A stretch of 64,000 bases of DNA, taken from contig CAVVLO010000002.1 in assembly GCA_963749155.1 (NCBI GenBank), positions 1,024,001-1,088,000 of the forward strand, given 5' to 3'. Position numbers and translations under genes: made by a program. Under the pieces are notes generated by a model. It saw only the letters and a program-made list of their open reading frames with translations, had not been told where the DNA came from and ran no database searches. How positions within the stretch are numbered: position 1 is the first letter of the stretch; the number at the start of each line of letters is the position of its first letter. This document shows, in pieces, positions 50,329 through 60,880 of this stretch. The DNA comes from an uncultured Armatimonadia bacterium. GTDB taxonomy: Bacteria > Armatimonadota > Zipacnadia > CAVVLO01.

Positions 50329-52215
50329 TTGAAGACACTGATGCGTCTGCTTTTGGCGATACTCGTAGTTGGATTGCTGGCTGATGGCTTTCTCCTGGTC
50401 CAGAGAGTCGGGCAGGAGAGGGCCTCGCGCAGTGTTGGGTTGGTGGTTGACTGGGCCGATATACAGGCTCTGGCCACCTCGACTGGGCTTGGCGAAAGCT
50501 CGGTGCTGGCTGCCTGTGCTCAGTCAGGCGTCTGGGGAGTCGCGATTACCGAGCAGACCCTCGGCGACCTACAACAATCAGGCGAACTGACCTTGCTGTC
50601 TACTAGCTGGGCCAATGGCCAGGGCACAATCCTGCGTTTTGAGAGCGCTCGCAAAGCCAAACTCGCGCGCAGGGTGCTCAAGACTCAGCGCGCCAGGCCT
50701 GCTGCCACTACTGACCCTCGCGAAATCCAGATACTGGCTCCCTGGGCAGGTCTGAAATCTCTCGGAATTGGCTTCGATGAGACCACAGTCGCCTTGGTGC
50801 GTCGATCTGGATTGTCCCGAGTGGCGCGGCCTGTAGCTTATCCCGCCGTGAATCCGGAGCGTATCGAAGCACTTATCAGCGAGCTTGCTACCTGGCCTTG
50901 CCAGTTGGTGCTGTTTGCCGGCACTGAGGTGCTGGGCAATCCCGGCCTCCTCGAACTCACCAGGCAGCAGCTACTGGACCATCAGATCAAATTTGGCCTG
51001 GTGGAGTTCTTCAAACAGCAGGGCAGTTCGAAGCTGGGCATGCAGGAACCTGATCTGGCCGTCCGAGTCCACAGTATCAGCGAACAAGAGCTGGCCCCAA
51101 TGACCTCTCAGGAAGCTATTGACCGTTTTCTGCGCGCGGTGACCGAGCGAGGCATCCGGGCCTGTTATGTGCGATTGCTGCCCGGGGCCCAAAACGATCC
51201 TCTGACCGAGGCAATCAGCCCGGTGCAGACGCTAGCCGATAAACTCCGCCAGGCAGGATTTGCTCTCGGTGAGCCAAGTACCCTTGATTATCTCTGGCGT
51301 CCCTTTTGGGCAGTATTGCTCGCTGCAGCGGGTGTAGCGGCGGGCTGCATGCTGCTCTGGCTGCGGCTTGCGCGAGGAGCGCTTGCGCCAACCTTGGTCC
51401 TGACAGGCCTGGTATTTATCGCTGTTATTGGGCTTGCTGCCTTGGGAGGAGCAGGCCTCAAGCTCGTGGGGTTGCTCTCGGCAATCGTCTTCCCCACCCT
51501 GGGCTACCTGCTGTTTGTCCCCTGGCAAGAAGAAACGCCCGAGCCGCGTCCTCTGAGAGCAGCAGTACTTGGGCTTGCTGGTTTTTCGGTTGTCAGTCTT
51601 GTCGGTGGGGTCTTCATCGCAGGATTGCTGGCTGAGCCGGCACTGATGCTGCACCTCGACCAGTTTACCGGGGTAAAGCTTGCCCAACTGCTGCCTCTGG
51701 CGTTAATAACTGCCTTGCTGGTTGGAGGTTTTTCACCTGCTGCCTCTGGGCCAAGAGCCGAGCTGGCGGCTTTGGTTGTCGGGTGGAAGCGCGCCTTGTC
51801 GGAGCCCTCTCGCATCGTTCATCTGCTCGCAGGCTTTGCGCTGCTTGCTCTGGTTGCCGTCTGGATGCTTCGCACTGGCAACGAGGGGATGGGCGTAAGC
51901 GGGACAGAGCTTAAATTGCGCACCTTACTGGAAAACTTATTAGGCGCCAGGCCGCGCACAAAGGAGTTCCTGTTTGCCCATCCGGCGCTGCTCCTGGGCC
52001 TTTATCTCGGAGCCTTGCGTTATTGGAAGCTCGCCGTGCCGCTGACCTTGCTGGGCCTGATTGGGCAAGTGTCCCTGGTCAACACTTTCTGCCATCTGCA
52101 TACGCCCTTCGTCTATTCGGTTTTGCGCAGTTTCAACGGGCTGTGGATTGGCCTGGTGATTGGCCTGATCCTAATCGCACTGGTGCGGCCACTGCTGAGG
52201 CGAACCGATGGCTAA
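50329..52215 (+). CDS. DUF5693-like polytopic membrane protein
   Basis: VRVHSIS, RAVTERGIR, FTGVKLA, RPRTKEFLFAHP, GQVSLVNTFCHLHTP; directly upstream of csaB. Confidence 0.8.
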   Translation: MKTLMRLLLAILVVGLLADGFLLVQRVGQERASRSVGLVVDWADIQALATSTGLGESSVLAACAQSGVWGVAITEQTLGDLQQSGELTLLSTSWANGQGTILRFESARKAKLARRVLKTQRARPAATTDPREIQILAPWAGLKSLGIGFDETTVALVRRSGLSRVARPVAYPAVNPERIEALISELATWPCQLVLFAGTEVLGNPGLLELTRQQLLDHQIKFGLVEFFKQQGSSKLGMQEPDLAVRVHSISEQELAPMTSQEAIDRFLRAVTERGIRACYVRLLPGAQNDPLTEAISPVQTLADKLRQAGFALGEPSTLDYLWRPFWAVLLAAAGVAAGCMLLWLRLARGALAPTLVLTGLVFIAVIGLAALGGAGLKLVGLLSAIVFPTLGYLLFVPWQEETPEPRPLRAAVLGLAGFSVVSLVGGVFIAGLLAEPALMLHLDQFTGVKLAQLLPLALITALLVGGFSPAASGPRAELAALVVGWKRALSEPSRIVHLLAGFALLALVAVWMLRTGNEGMGVSGTELKLRTLLENLLGARPRTKEFLFAHPALLLGLYLGALRYWKLAVPLTLLGLIGQVSLVNTFCHLHTPFVYSVLRSFNGLWIGLVIGLILIALVRPLLRRTDG

Positions 52216-53293
52216 AGTCCTGCTGGTGGGCTATTTCGGCTACGCCAACACGGGCGATGAAGCGCTGCTCGAGGTGCTGTCAGGCAGGCTGGCGAGTTGG
52301 GGTTATGCGGTAGGCGCGCTTACCGCCAGTCCCCAGGCATCAGAGCGCGATTATGGCGTCACCCCTTTTGGGCACAAACGCTGGTCCGAGTTGATTCGCG
52401 CTTGCCGCTGGGCGGATGCGGTAGTTTTCGGGGGCGGCGGGCTATTGCAGGACGCAAGTGGGCCTGCTTCCATTTGGTATTACCTGGGCGCGCTCAAGCT
52501 GGCCCAGCAGTTGAAGAAGCCTGTCGCGCTTTATGCGCAGGGTATTGGACCACTCAGAGGGCCTTTCTCCGGCAAGGCTATCCGGAGGCTGGCAAGCGGG
52601 GTTGGCCTGCTTTCGGTACGCGATGAAGGCTCTCGCCGTTTGCTTGTTCAGCTTGGGGTGCACGAACAAAAAGTAGAACTGGCGGCCTGTCCGACTTTAT
52701 TGCTCGAGCCCGCAGACGATGCCAGGCTGGACGCCTTGATTGCCGAGGAAGCCCTGCCGACCGACCTGCCCTGGCTTGGGGTGTCCTTGAGAGCAACCCC
52801 CGCGGTCGAAGCGGCTGCCGGCGAACTGGCCGAGGGACTGAGACGAGTAGCAGAACAAGGCCTCACCAGGCCATTGCTTATACCCTTCCAGCCAAGCCAG
52901 GATGAGGCGCTTTCCTGGAAAGTGCGGGGAGAGCTTGGTTCACTCGGCGCTCTGGTAAAGGGCTCCTGGCGTCCGTCTGAGCTGCTTGGCCTGATTGGCC
53001 GGTGCAAGGCAGTGCTGGCGACCAGGCTTCACGCTTTACTTTTCGCAGCCAATCGCGAGGTGCCGGCGCTCGCAATTGATTATGATCCAAAAGTCAGGGC
53101 GGCTGCCCAGGCGCTAGGCGTCCCCGTTCTAAAGCCCGCTGAAGTCGAAGGTTTTGAGCTGCGTGACCGACTGCGCGCCCTACTCGCCGAGGGCGTCACC
53201 ACCGAACTTTGCAGTGGCTGTACTCGTCTAAGAAGTACGGCTGAGGCCGGTCTCGAGCGCCTGAGAGAGTTTTTGGCCGACTCGAACAAGTGA
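52208..53293 (+). CDS. csaB: Polysaccharide pyruvyl transferase CsaB
   Basis: GYFGYANTGDEA, GGGGLLQDAS, AQGIGPL, SVRDEGS, RLHALLFA, YDPKV. Confidence 0.9.
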   Translation: MAKVLLVGYFGYANTGDEALLEVLSGRLASWGYAVGALTASPQASERDYGVTPFGHKRWSELIRACRWADAVVFGGGGLLQDASGPASIWYYLGALKLAQQLKKPVALYAQGIGPLRGPFSGKAIRRLASGVGLLSVRDEGSRRLLVQLGVHEQKVELAACPTLLLEPADDARLDALIAEEALPTDLPWLGVSLRATPAVEAAAGELAEGLRRVAEQGLTRPLLIPFQPSQDEALSWKVRGELGSLGALVKGSWRPSELLGLIGRCKAVLATRLHALLFAANREVPALAIDYDPKVRAAAQALGVPVLKPAEVEGFELRDRLRALLAEGVTTELCSGCTRLRSTAEAGLERLREFLADSNK

Positions 53294-56200
53294 AGGAGGC
53301 AGAGCTGCTTCACTCGATACTAGTGCGGTTCCGCGCCCGACATCTGGGGACGCTAGCTTTGCTAGTGGGCCTGACAATTGGTATTGGGCTGCCAGTTCTG
53401 GCCCAGAACACTGTAGACGAGACAACTCTCGCGCCTGCCCCAGTCAAAGCTCCCCCCGACCTTTTTCATAACCAGATGCCCGGTTATGATTTGCCGGTTG
53501 TGGAGGAAGATCCCTCCGCTCCTGCCCGCCGCGCCGAAGCCAAAAAGACCGGTGCCAAACGAAGTGGGAGCCGAATCGGCTCTCTGCTCGGATTCGGAAA
53601 CTCACCTGATGACCTCGACATATCGGGCTCCCAGAGCCTGACCTTCCGCAGTATCAGTGTCTCTGGCTCAGGCGCCAGCAACTATTACAATCAGTTCTGG
53701 AACAGCGAATCCTTCGAAACGCGCACTGATCTCTTCATGCGGGGGCGCATCTGGAAGGAATTCAATATCAACGCCACTCTGGCCTCGGGCACTTTCAGCA
53801 CCAACCGCAACCGCTACAGTCTAAGCTACAACGGGCATGACACCGATGTAACTTATGGCTACATCAACGCCGAACTGGGCGGTAACCGGTACCTCTCCCT
53901 CAACAAGAGCCTCAAGGGCTACAAGCTCGAGTCACAGCTCTTCGACAAATACGGCTTTTCAGCTTTCACTACCGAAGCGACAGGCACGGTGAAGAACGAA
54001 GTCTTCTCGGGCAATGGCACCTCGGGACCGTATTTCTTGCGTTACACGCCCATCCGGGAGGGCTCGGAGGAGCTGCGGCTGGATGAGAGAGAGCTGGTTT
54101 TTGGGCAGGATTACAAGCTCAACTACATCACCGGCCAGCTTGACTTCAAACAAGGGTTGATAATCCCGCCCAGCTCTCAGGTGGCGGTCAGTTATGAGCA
54201 GGCTCAGAGTGGCGGAGAGGGCGGCAACCTGACTGGTTATCAGCTCGCGCTGCCGTTATCAGACAAGCTGTCGGTAAATGTCATGCGCGCCGAGCAGGAC
54301 TCTGGCTCAACCGGTATCCCAACTGCCCAGATAACCGCTGCCGAAGATAACTACTACGGCAACAACTCGACTGGCCCCTTCGTACTGGTCTACAAGCCTA
54401 TCCTGCGCTCGGTTACTCCGATAATCTATCGCCTGTTCGGCGGTGAATTGCAGAACGCTGGCACCGACAGGCCTTATGTCACGGTAAGCCCCTGGATGGT
54501 TGGTCCTTACCTGGATGGCGAGAATCTCTATTTTGCAGGACTGAGCCAGAAACCTATCCAGGTACTGGTAGGGGGCATTGTCCAGGACGAAGGCCTTGAT
54601 TATGTGGTCAGTTATGACACCAGCACAGTGACTTTCCTAAAAGCTATCTCCCCGCTGTTGCCTGTCGAAATCGACTATTATGCGCTGCAGGCCAATGGGT
54701 CACTCTTGATAGATGGCCAGGTCGTGCAAGCAGTCACGGTCTATGTGGATGGCCAGCTCCAGACCGAAGGCATCGACTTCATACTGACCTATGACACTGG
54801 CGTCATCCAGTTCACTCACAATGTAGCGTTGAACGCGCGGGTGCTGGTCGAATATTACTATTACCAGCAACCTGAAAGCTTCAGTGGGATGAGGCGCGTT
54901 GACGGACTGACCGCCAGGTACCGAGTGGCTGATGGCGTGGAACTTGGCCTGCAGTATGCGCGCAGTGGCAGTCGCTATGACTATTCGACCGGAGAGGTGC
55001 CCGCTGGCCAGGCAAAGCTGCTTAACCGGCTCCTATAATACCAACCGGATGTCTCTCTCGGCTGAGTGGGAAGACGTTGACAAGACCTTCTCGCGCCTCT
55101 CTTCAGTCGGTTTCCTGCGTAATGAGCAGGGGATGAAGTACAATTTCGACTACCGGGTCGCAGATGGATTCTCGGTCTTCCGTAATTACTCACACAAGCG
55201 GTCCAGCCAGCCCCTCTACTTCGGCCTGGATACTGATTATTCGAGTAGCTCCTATTATTCGAGCAGCTTGTATTCGTCAGTCGGCAAGGCAGATGACGAG
55301 GACACCTCGACCACCATCGACCAGGATGCCTTTGGGCTGCTGTATACCAGGCAAGGCTGGCCTAATGTGCGGCTTACTCGCAACATCCTGGGCAATGATT
55401 CCGGTAGTTCTGGCAGCAGTACCCAGACAGCCGACACCCTGGACATCTCTCACACTTTTGGGCGACTAGGCGCTTCGCTATCGTTCAGGCAGTCCGAACA
55501 GGAAGGCCAGCGGATTGCCACCACAACCAGCGAGTTACTGCCCTCCCAGCGCATCAGTCAGTCGGATTCGATGAGTGTCAATCTCAACTACAACCCCTCT
55601 CAAACGCTCAGTCTGGCAGGCAGCTATACCAAACTGGGGACGGACACTTTCCTCACCGAAAAAAGTTCCAGTGATTCGGATAACACCACTTTCTCGCTGA
55701 TGTATTACCCCACTTCGAAACTCAGCATCCGGCTGAGCGACCAGCGTTCCAACACCTCGGGAGCGGTTGGGTATTCGTATCTTGGGGGTTATTATGCCAC
55801 CTCGCCTTACAGCATCAGCCTGCTTAATCCAACCCAGCAGCAGGCGCTGGCTTATGGGGTAGTGGCGCCGCTGGTGATAAATGGCTCCAGCTTGTTTGGC
55901 AAGGATGACTACGTCGTCGAGGAAGGTCGCACCAAACAACGCCGGCGCAGCGCCGATGTACAATATGCGCTTAGCAACAAGCTGAATGTTGGCCTTACCT
56001 GGAGCGACAGGTACTACACGAGCGAAGGCTCCCTCGGCTACCAGAGCGACAACGAGTCCGATAGTCTGGGGTTTATGGCAAGCTGGCAACCGGCGAAACA
56101 TACCTCCTTGTTCCTCAACTACAGCAAAGATAAGGTCCTCTACCTGGGCAGTTCGACCTATTTGGTGCCAACGAGCAGCGAGATCCTGGCCCTTGGTTTC

Positions 56201-56569
56201 TCGACTCGCCCAAAACCTGCCCTAAGCTTGAGCGGCGTGCTTCAGCTGATCACCAGCAACAGCCCTGGCTACACCACGGGCAGCTCTCTTTCGACCGATA
56301 TGACCAGTCTGTATCTCGATGCCGAATACGATCTGGACGAGGAGAGTTCACTTTCAGGACGCCTGGAGTTCTCTGACAGTGGCGCCTCGACTGGCGACTA
56401 TGGCAACTATCAGAAATGGGTATATTCACTTAGCTACAACCGAGCTTTGACAGATATCCTCAGGTTAAGCGTCGGGACAGAGTACATCGATTACCTCGAC
56501 CGCGCGGACACTCGAGGCAACTACAACACGCTGCTGTTCTTCGGGCAGGTCGGCCTGAGATTCGACTAA
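53290..56569 (+). CDS. Large outer-membrane beta-barrel with SprA-like N-terminal motifs (~1090 aa); one extra base near 55024
   Basis: Signal peptide; GNGTSGPYFL...IREGSEEL...GQDYKLNYITGQLDF plus two related repeats; long amphipathic strand region ending VGLRFD; joins as ...QAKLL|TGSYNTN. Confidence 0.65.
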
Positions 56570-56592
56570 TTGCCCGGAGGAGGTAACCTTTT

Positions 56593-59541
56593 ATGCTTGC
56601 TTCAGCTCTGCGAAAGACTTCTCGCCCCCTGGCGCTAGCGCTAGTGGCTGGCCTTTTGATTTCCCTTGTGGGAACGGCTGGCGCGGCCCGGTTCGGCAAT
56701 CTGGTCAACCGACCTTTTGAAACCCAGGCAAGTGGCCCCGTGGGAGCGGTGCTGGCGGCGCCAACCAGAGCAGGTGAAGCCGAAGCCTTGAATCAGGTCG
56801 CAGCCGACCTGTACCAATTGCAAAACAGCAGTGCTGTGCATGAATTGATAGCCCGAGGTGTCCTCCGGGAAGAACCCTTCCTCGAACGCTATATCTACAA
56901 CCTGGAAGCTGACCAACTGGTGCTGCCCGAGTGGACGCGTTCTACCCGGGTCGGCAGTGGCGATATAGCTTTCACCTACTCAGGCTGGACTGCAGGCGAG
57001 CAAACTGAACTTGAGACCTATATGGCGACCGCTTACACGCTGATGGTCGCCTATTATGGAGATCCCGCCTTCGATATCACGGTAAATGTTGTGAAAGATC
57101 CGGCGCTGCAGGATGTGCGAGGGGGCACTTATAATCCCAGCACCAACGAGATCAGGATTGGCTATTTCCCCGATATGGAGATGGCCAAGTATTACCTGAC
57201 GATAATGGCGCTACATGCCTTCCATGATGATGTGATGTTCAGCTACGAAGCCTGGGAAACAGGCTTTGCAAGGGCAGTTGCCGCTGCTGTTGCTACCCAG
57301 GCTATGCCGACTTTCGACATCACGCGAGACACCTATTATGTAGTCCAGCTATATGATTGCCTCAACCAGCAGGATTTGGCCAGTCCAACTTTTTGGTCCG
57401 GCGCCACCAGTATGCCTCTGTGGCGGTTGATAGCCAGCCAGGCCAACTGGCTGAAAGTCTACGTGGAGAACCCCCTATTTTTCCGGGGTTTCAACGAGGC
57501 ATACTATGCCCAGCTCAGCGCGGCAGGCAATTATCTGCTCGCTGGCAATGTCCCGGCGCTCAAACAGATCGCCGCCGGACTGGCTCCTACGGTCGAAGGC
57601 GTGCCCTTCTACGCCTGGTATGAGCAGCAGTATGCGATGGACACAAGCATCCACCTCGGGCTCAAACTGTATGTGTATAACGTGCCCTTCGCCGATAACG
57701 TTTTTCTTATCTACAACTACCACGAGACAGGCGCCGATGGCACGGATACCCCAAGAGCCGGCCGAGTGGCCCTGGATTATTGGGACTATACCTTCACCAA
57801 CTCGCTTTTCGCCAACGAAGGCTATTACGTAGATATCTCGGCAAGTGGAGCGGACGCGGGGGTAGGCTTCATCAGCCCCAGTTTCTTCAATATCGGCGGG
57901 TCGCAGCGTATCACAGTCGAAGCCCGGCTGAGTGGACTGGTGCGAGAGACCATCTTCCCTTATGGCGTGCGCGGCAGCGATGCCAATGTGAAGGAACTCT
58001 TCGGCGCCATCATCGGAGCCAACAGCGCCGCGCTCACAATCAGTTATGGCGGCACTGACTACCCCCTTACAGTCACCCGAGGAGTCTTCTCCCTCGATTT
58101 GACCCAGGCCCTGAGGCCAGGCAAGGCCAGCGTGCGGTTTGAGCCGACTGGCGAGAACCTGCTTTTTATGCGCAATGTGGGATATCAGTTCTACACGGTG
58201 CTCTTCAGAGCCAGTGGCTACACTGATTTCGATATCAACCTGCCAATTGACGGGATGCAGTTGATATCGCTGCCCTGTTATCCGCAGGAAGAAGATGCCG
58301 CGGTCGCGCTCGGTATCCCCGCCAGCGAATTGCTGCTTGCCGAATGGGATCCTGAAGCGCCCAGCTCCTCCAAATACAAGCTCTATCCGAAGACCGGCCC
58401 GCTTGAACCAGGCAAGGGTTATTGGTTGAAGCGTGATGGCACCCTGACAACAACGGTTAGGGGACTGCCTGTCGAAAGCACCAGCAAGGCCGGTTATTTC
58501 GAAGTTCAACTGAAGCCAGGCTGGAATATCGTCGGCACTCCCAGTGAATCAAGCGTCGCCAAGACCGACCTTAAGTTCGTCACCAGCGAGGCGACCGAGC
58601 TGTCCTTTGCCGAAGCAAGCCAGGCTGGCCTGGTGCGTTCGGTACTATGGGGCTATAGCACAAGCGGCTATGTCCAGGTGGCAAGTCTTTTGCCTTATTA
58701 TGGCTACTGGCTAAAAGTAACCGCCTCAACCCCGATAACCTTGCTCATCCCGATTAGCCGGTCTGTGCTGGAATCTGGTCGCGCGAGCGCAAGCGAGCCT
58801 GTTGGAGCCGGATGGGATTTTTCTGTGGTCGCTAGTACCAGCGCTGGCAAGCGCGCAAGTTGCATGCTGGGGGCGCGTGAGGGCGCAACCCAGAGTTTTG
58901 ATGCGCGGTACGAGGCCGAAGCGCCTCCAGGCTTTGCCGACCTGCCTTCACTGGGCGCGCTAGAATCCGCCTGGGGCTCTGATAGTGGCTTGTTCGCAAT
59001 TGATTACCAGACTCCTAACCAGACAACTTTCACCTGGCAGCTCGAGCTGACCCCGCCCGCCACAGGAGATGAAGTGACCCTTACCTGGGGCGATCTCTCC
59101 AGCCTGCCGCGCGATTACACGGCAACCCTGGTGGATGAGGCGACCGGCAAGCGAGTGGCAATGAGAAGCCTGGCGAGTTACACACCCACTACGCGTTCGA
59201 CCACGCAGAGCTTCAGTATCGAGGTGGCGCGCTATCAGGGATCGGCTCTGATGGCTACAGGATTGATGGTAGTGCCGCTGAGGGGAGCGGTCGAGATAGA
59301 TTTCGCCCCCACCAGAGAATGTCTGGCCAGCCTGGTCATCCGCAACCTGGCCGGAACGATTCTTGATGAAGTGGCCACCAGAGAGACTGTGGCGCGTGGC
59401 CAGGCAAGCTTTGGCTGGAACAAGACTGATGGCGCCGGCCGGCCTGTACCGACCGGCACTTATATTTGTGAACTCAAGCTCGAGGATGTCGATGGTCAGA
59501 AATATACGACCGCTCGAACCTTCTCGATCCTGGCTGACTGA
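56593..59541 (+). CDS. Secreted protein with the shared C-terminal module and FlgD-Ig/CTD-like domain
   Basis: Signal peptide ending AGA; PGKGYWL, LKPGWNIVGTP, WGDLSSLPRDY, WNKTDGAGRPVPTGTY; RBS GGAGGAGG. Confidence 0.75.
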   Translation: MLASALRKTSRPLALALVAGLLISLVGTAGAARFGNLVNRPFETQASGPVGAVLAAPTRAGEAEALNQVAADLYQLQNSSAVHELIARGVLREEPFLERYIYNLEADQLVLPEWTRSTRVGSGDIAFTYSGWTAGEQTELETYMATAYTLMVAYYGDPAFDITVNVVKDPALQDVRGGTYNPSTNEIRIGYFPDMEMAKYYLTIMALHAFHDDVMFSYEAWETGFARAVAAAVATQAMPTFDITRDTYYVVQLYDCLNQQDLASPTFWSGATSMPLWRLIASQANWLKVYVENPLFFRGFNEAYYAQLSAAGNYLLAGNVPALKQIAAGLAPTVEGVPFYAWYEQQYAMDTSIHLGLKLYVYNVPFADNVFLIYNYHETGADGTDTPRAGRVALDYWDYTFTNSLFANEGYYVDISASGADAGVGFISPSFFNIGGSQRITVEARLSGLVRETIFPYGVRGSDANVKELFGAIIGANSAALTISYGGTDYPLTVTRGVFSLDLTQALRPGKASVRFEPTGENLLFMRNVGYQFYTVLFRASGYTDFDINLPIDGMQLISLPCYPQEEDAAVALGIPASELLLAEWDPEAPSSSKYKLYPKTGPLEPGKGYWLKRDGTLTTTVRGLPVESTSKAGYFEVQLKPGWNIVGTPSESSVAKTDLKFVTSEATELSFAEASQAGLVRSVLWGYSTSGYVQVASLLPYYGYWLKVTASTPITLLIPISRSVLESGRASASEPVGAGWDFSVVASTSAGKRASCMLGAREGATQSFDARYEAEAPPGFADLPSLGALESAWGSDSGLFAIDYQTPNQTTFTWQLELTPPATGDEVTLTWGDLSSLPRDYTATLVDEATGKRVAMRSLASYTPTTRSTTQSFSIEVARYQGSALMATGLMVVPLRGAVEIDFAPTRECLASLVIRNLAGTILDEVATRETVARGQASFGWNKTDGAGRPVPTGTYICELKLEDVDGQKYTTARTFSILAD

Positions 59542-59551
59542 GGGGATTTTC

Positions 59552-60716
59552 TTGAAGAGCAGGTTTCTAGCACTAGCTGGATTACTCGCGCTCTCCGTGC
59601 TGCTCCTGGCCTCGTGCGGGGGCGGAGGGGGCGGAGGCAGTAGCACGGTTAGCCTGTCAGGGCTTGTTACAGATGCCCTCCTGGCAACCGCTATCGAAGG
59701 CGCCTCAATTGTCGTCGGGGGAGTCGCCGGCGCCCCAACTGACGCCACTGGAGCCTACTCTGTGGTGGACATAACTCTGGGCAGCAGTCGCACCCTTTAT
59801 CTCAGCGTAGCGAAAGCAGGCTACCGCTCCTACGATCTGGCTGTCACTTTTCCCTCAGGCACTAGTTCGTTAGTGCAGGATGTAAACCTTATCCCCGTCA
59901 GCTCCGGAGTCACCGCCGGCGAGGTCTCGGGCACCGTTACAGTGGCTGGGGCAGGGACTCCTGTCAGCCAGGCAAGTGTTGCCATCGAGGTGCTGGGGCT
60001 GGGCGGCGATGTGGTGGATGTCCTGTATGCGCATACGGCCTCGGATGGTAGTTTCTTCATCTCTGGAGTGCCCACCGGCAACGCGCGCGCCCGGGTCATT
60101 GCGACTGGCTATCTGGAAGAGACCGAACTCTTCACCGTACTTGGCGGACGATGCCACCCCGCCACTTGCTCTGCAATTAACCCCTGGCACTACGACAGTT
60201 GCTGTCGACGGGCTGGTGAGAAATTCCGAGACTTTATTGCCTGTCTCTGGTGCATCAATAAGCCTGGGCGGGCAAGGTGCGACCTCCCAGGGCGATGGAA
60301 GTTTCACCGTCCCTGGTGTCCAGGTTGGCGACCAAACACTTACAGTTACCGCGACAGGTTATGATCCTTATCTGGCCCTCGTGCGCGTCACGACTGATAT
60401 GGAACCTCTCATCGCAGGCCTTATAAGTGCAGGTGAGGAACCTCCTGGCGGCCCGTATTCCATATTGGGCAACGCCTTGCTTTCTGGCCAGACAAATCAT
60501 TCGGGGATTGAGGTGACCCTACTAAGCGTCCCAGGTGGAGTCGAACTCGATTCGATGATAACCGGCACAAATGGCTTCTTTGGCTTCTGGCAACCGGCTG
60601 GGACATATCTGATCCGGGCAGAAAAAACAGGCTATATTTCAGAAGAAGAACAGGTTATCGTTCTTCCGACAGGAGATCCTGTAACTGGCGTCGAACTAGT
60701 GCTCGAGCCCACCTGA
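59552..60716 (+). CDS. Lipoprotein with carboxypeptidase-regulatory-like repeats; one extra base near 60143
   Basis: TTG start after GAGGGG; lipobox LASC plus poly-Gly; about four prealbumin-like repeats; joins as ...FTVL|ADDATPP. Confidence 0.75.
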
Positions 60717-60755
60717 CCAGGACGGCGCGAGGGCAGGTTGTTGTTTGCTTGATGG

Positions 60756-60784
60756 TTGCAGTGGGTAATACGCTGTGGTATTCT
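60756..60784 (+). promoter_or_regulatory. Promoter for the small lipoprotein
   Basis: TTGCAG-N17-TATTCT with TGTGn extension. Confidence 0.55.
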
Positions 60785-60880
60785 CTGAAATTGGAGGGCA
60801 GTCCTGAAGAACAGGGGCGTCAGGCTAGTCTGTCGCTTAAGCCCTGGCCTTCACACCGCCCACAAGTGGGAGGTAAGTAT

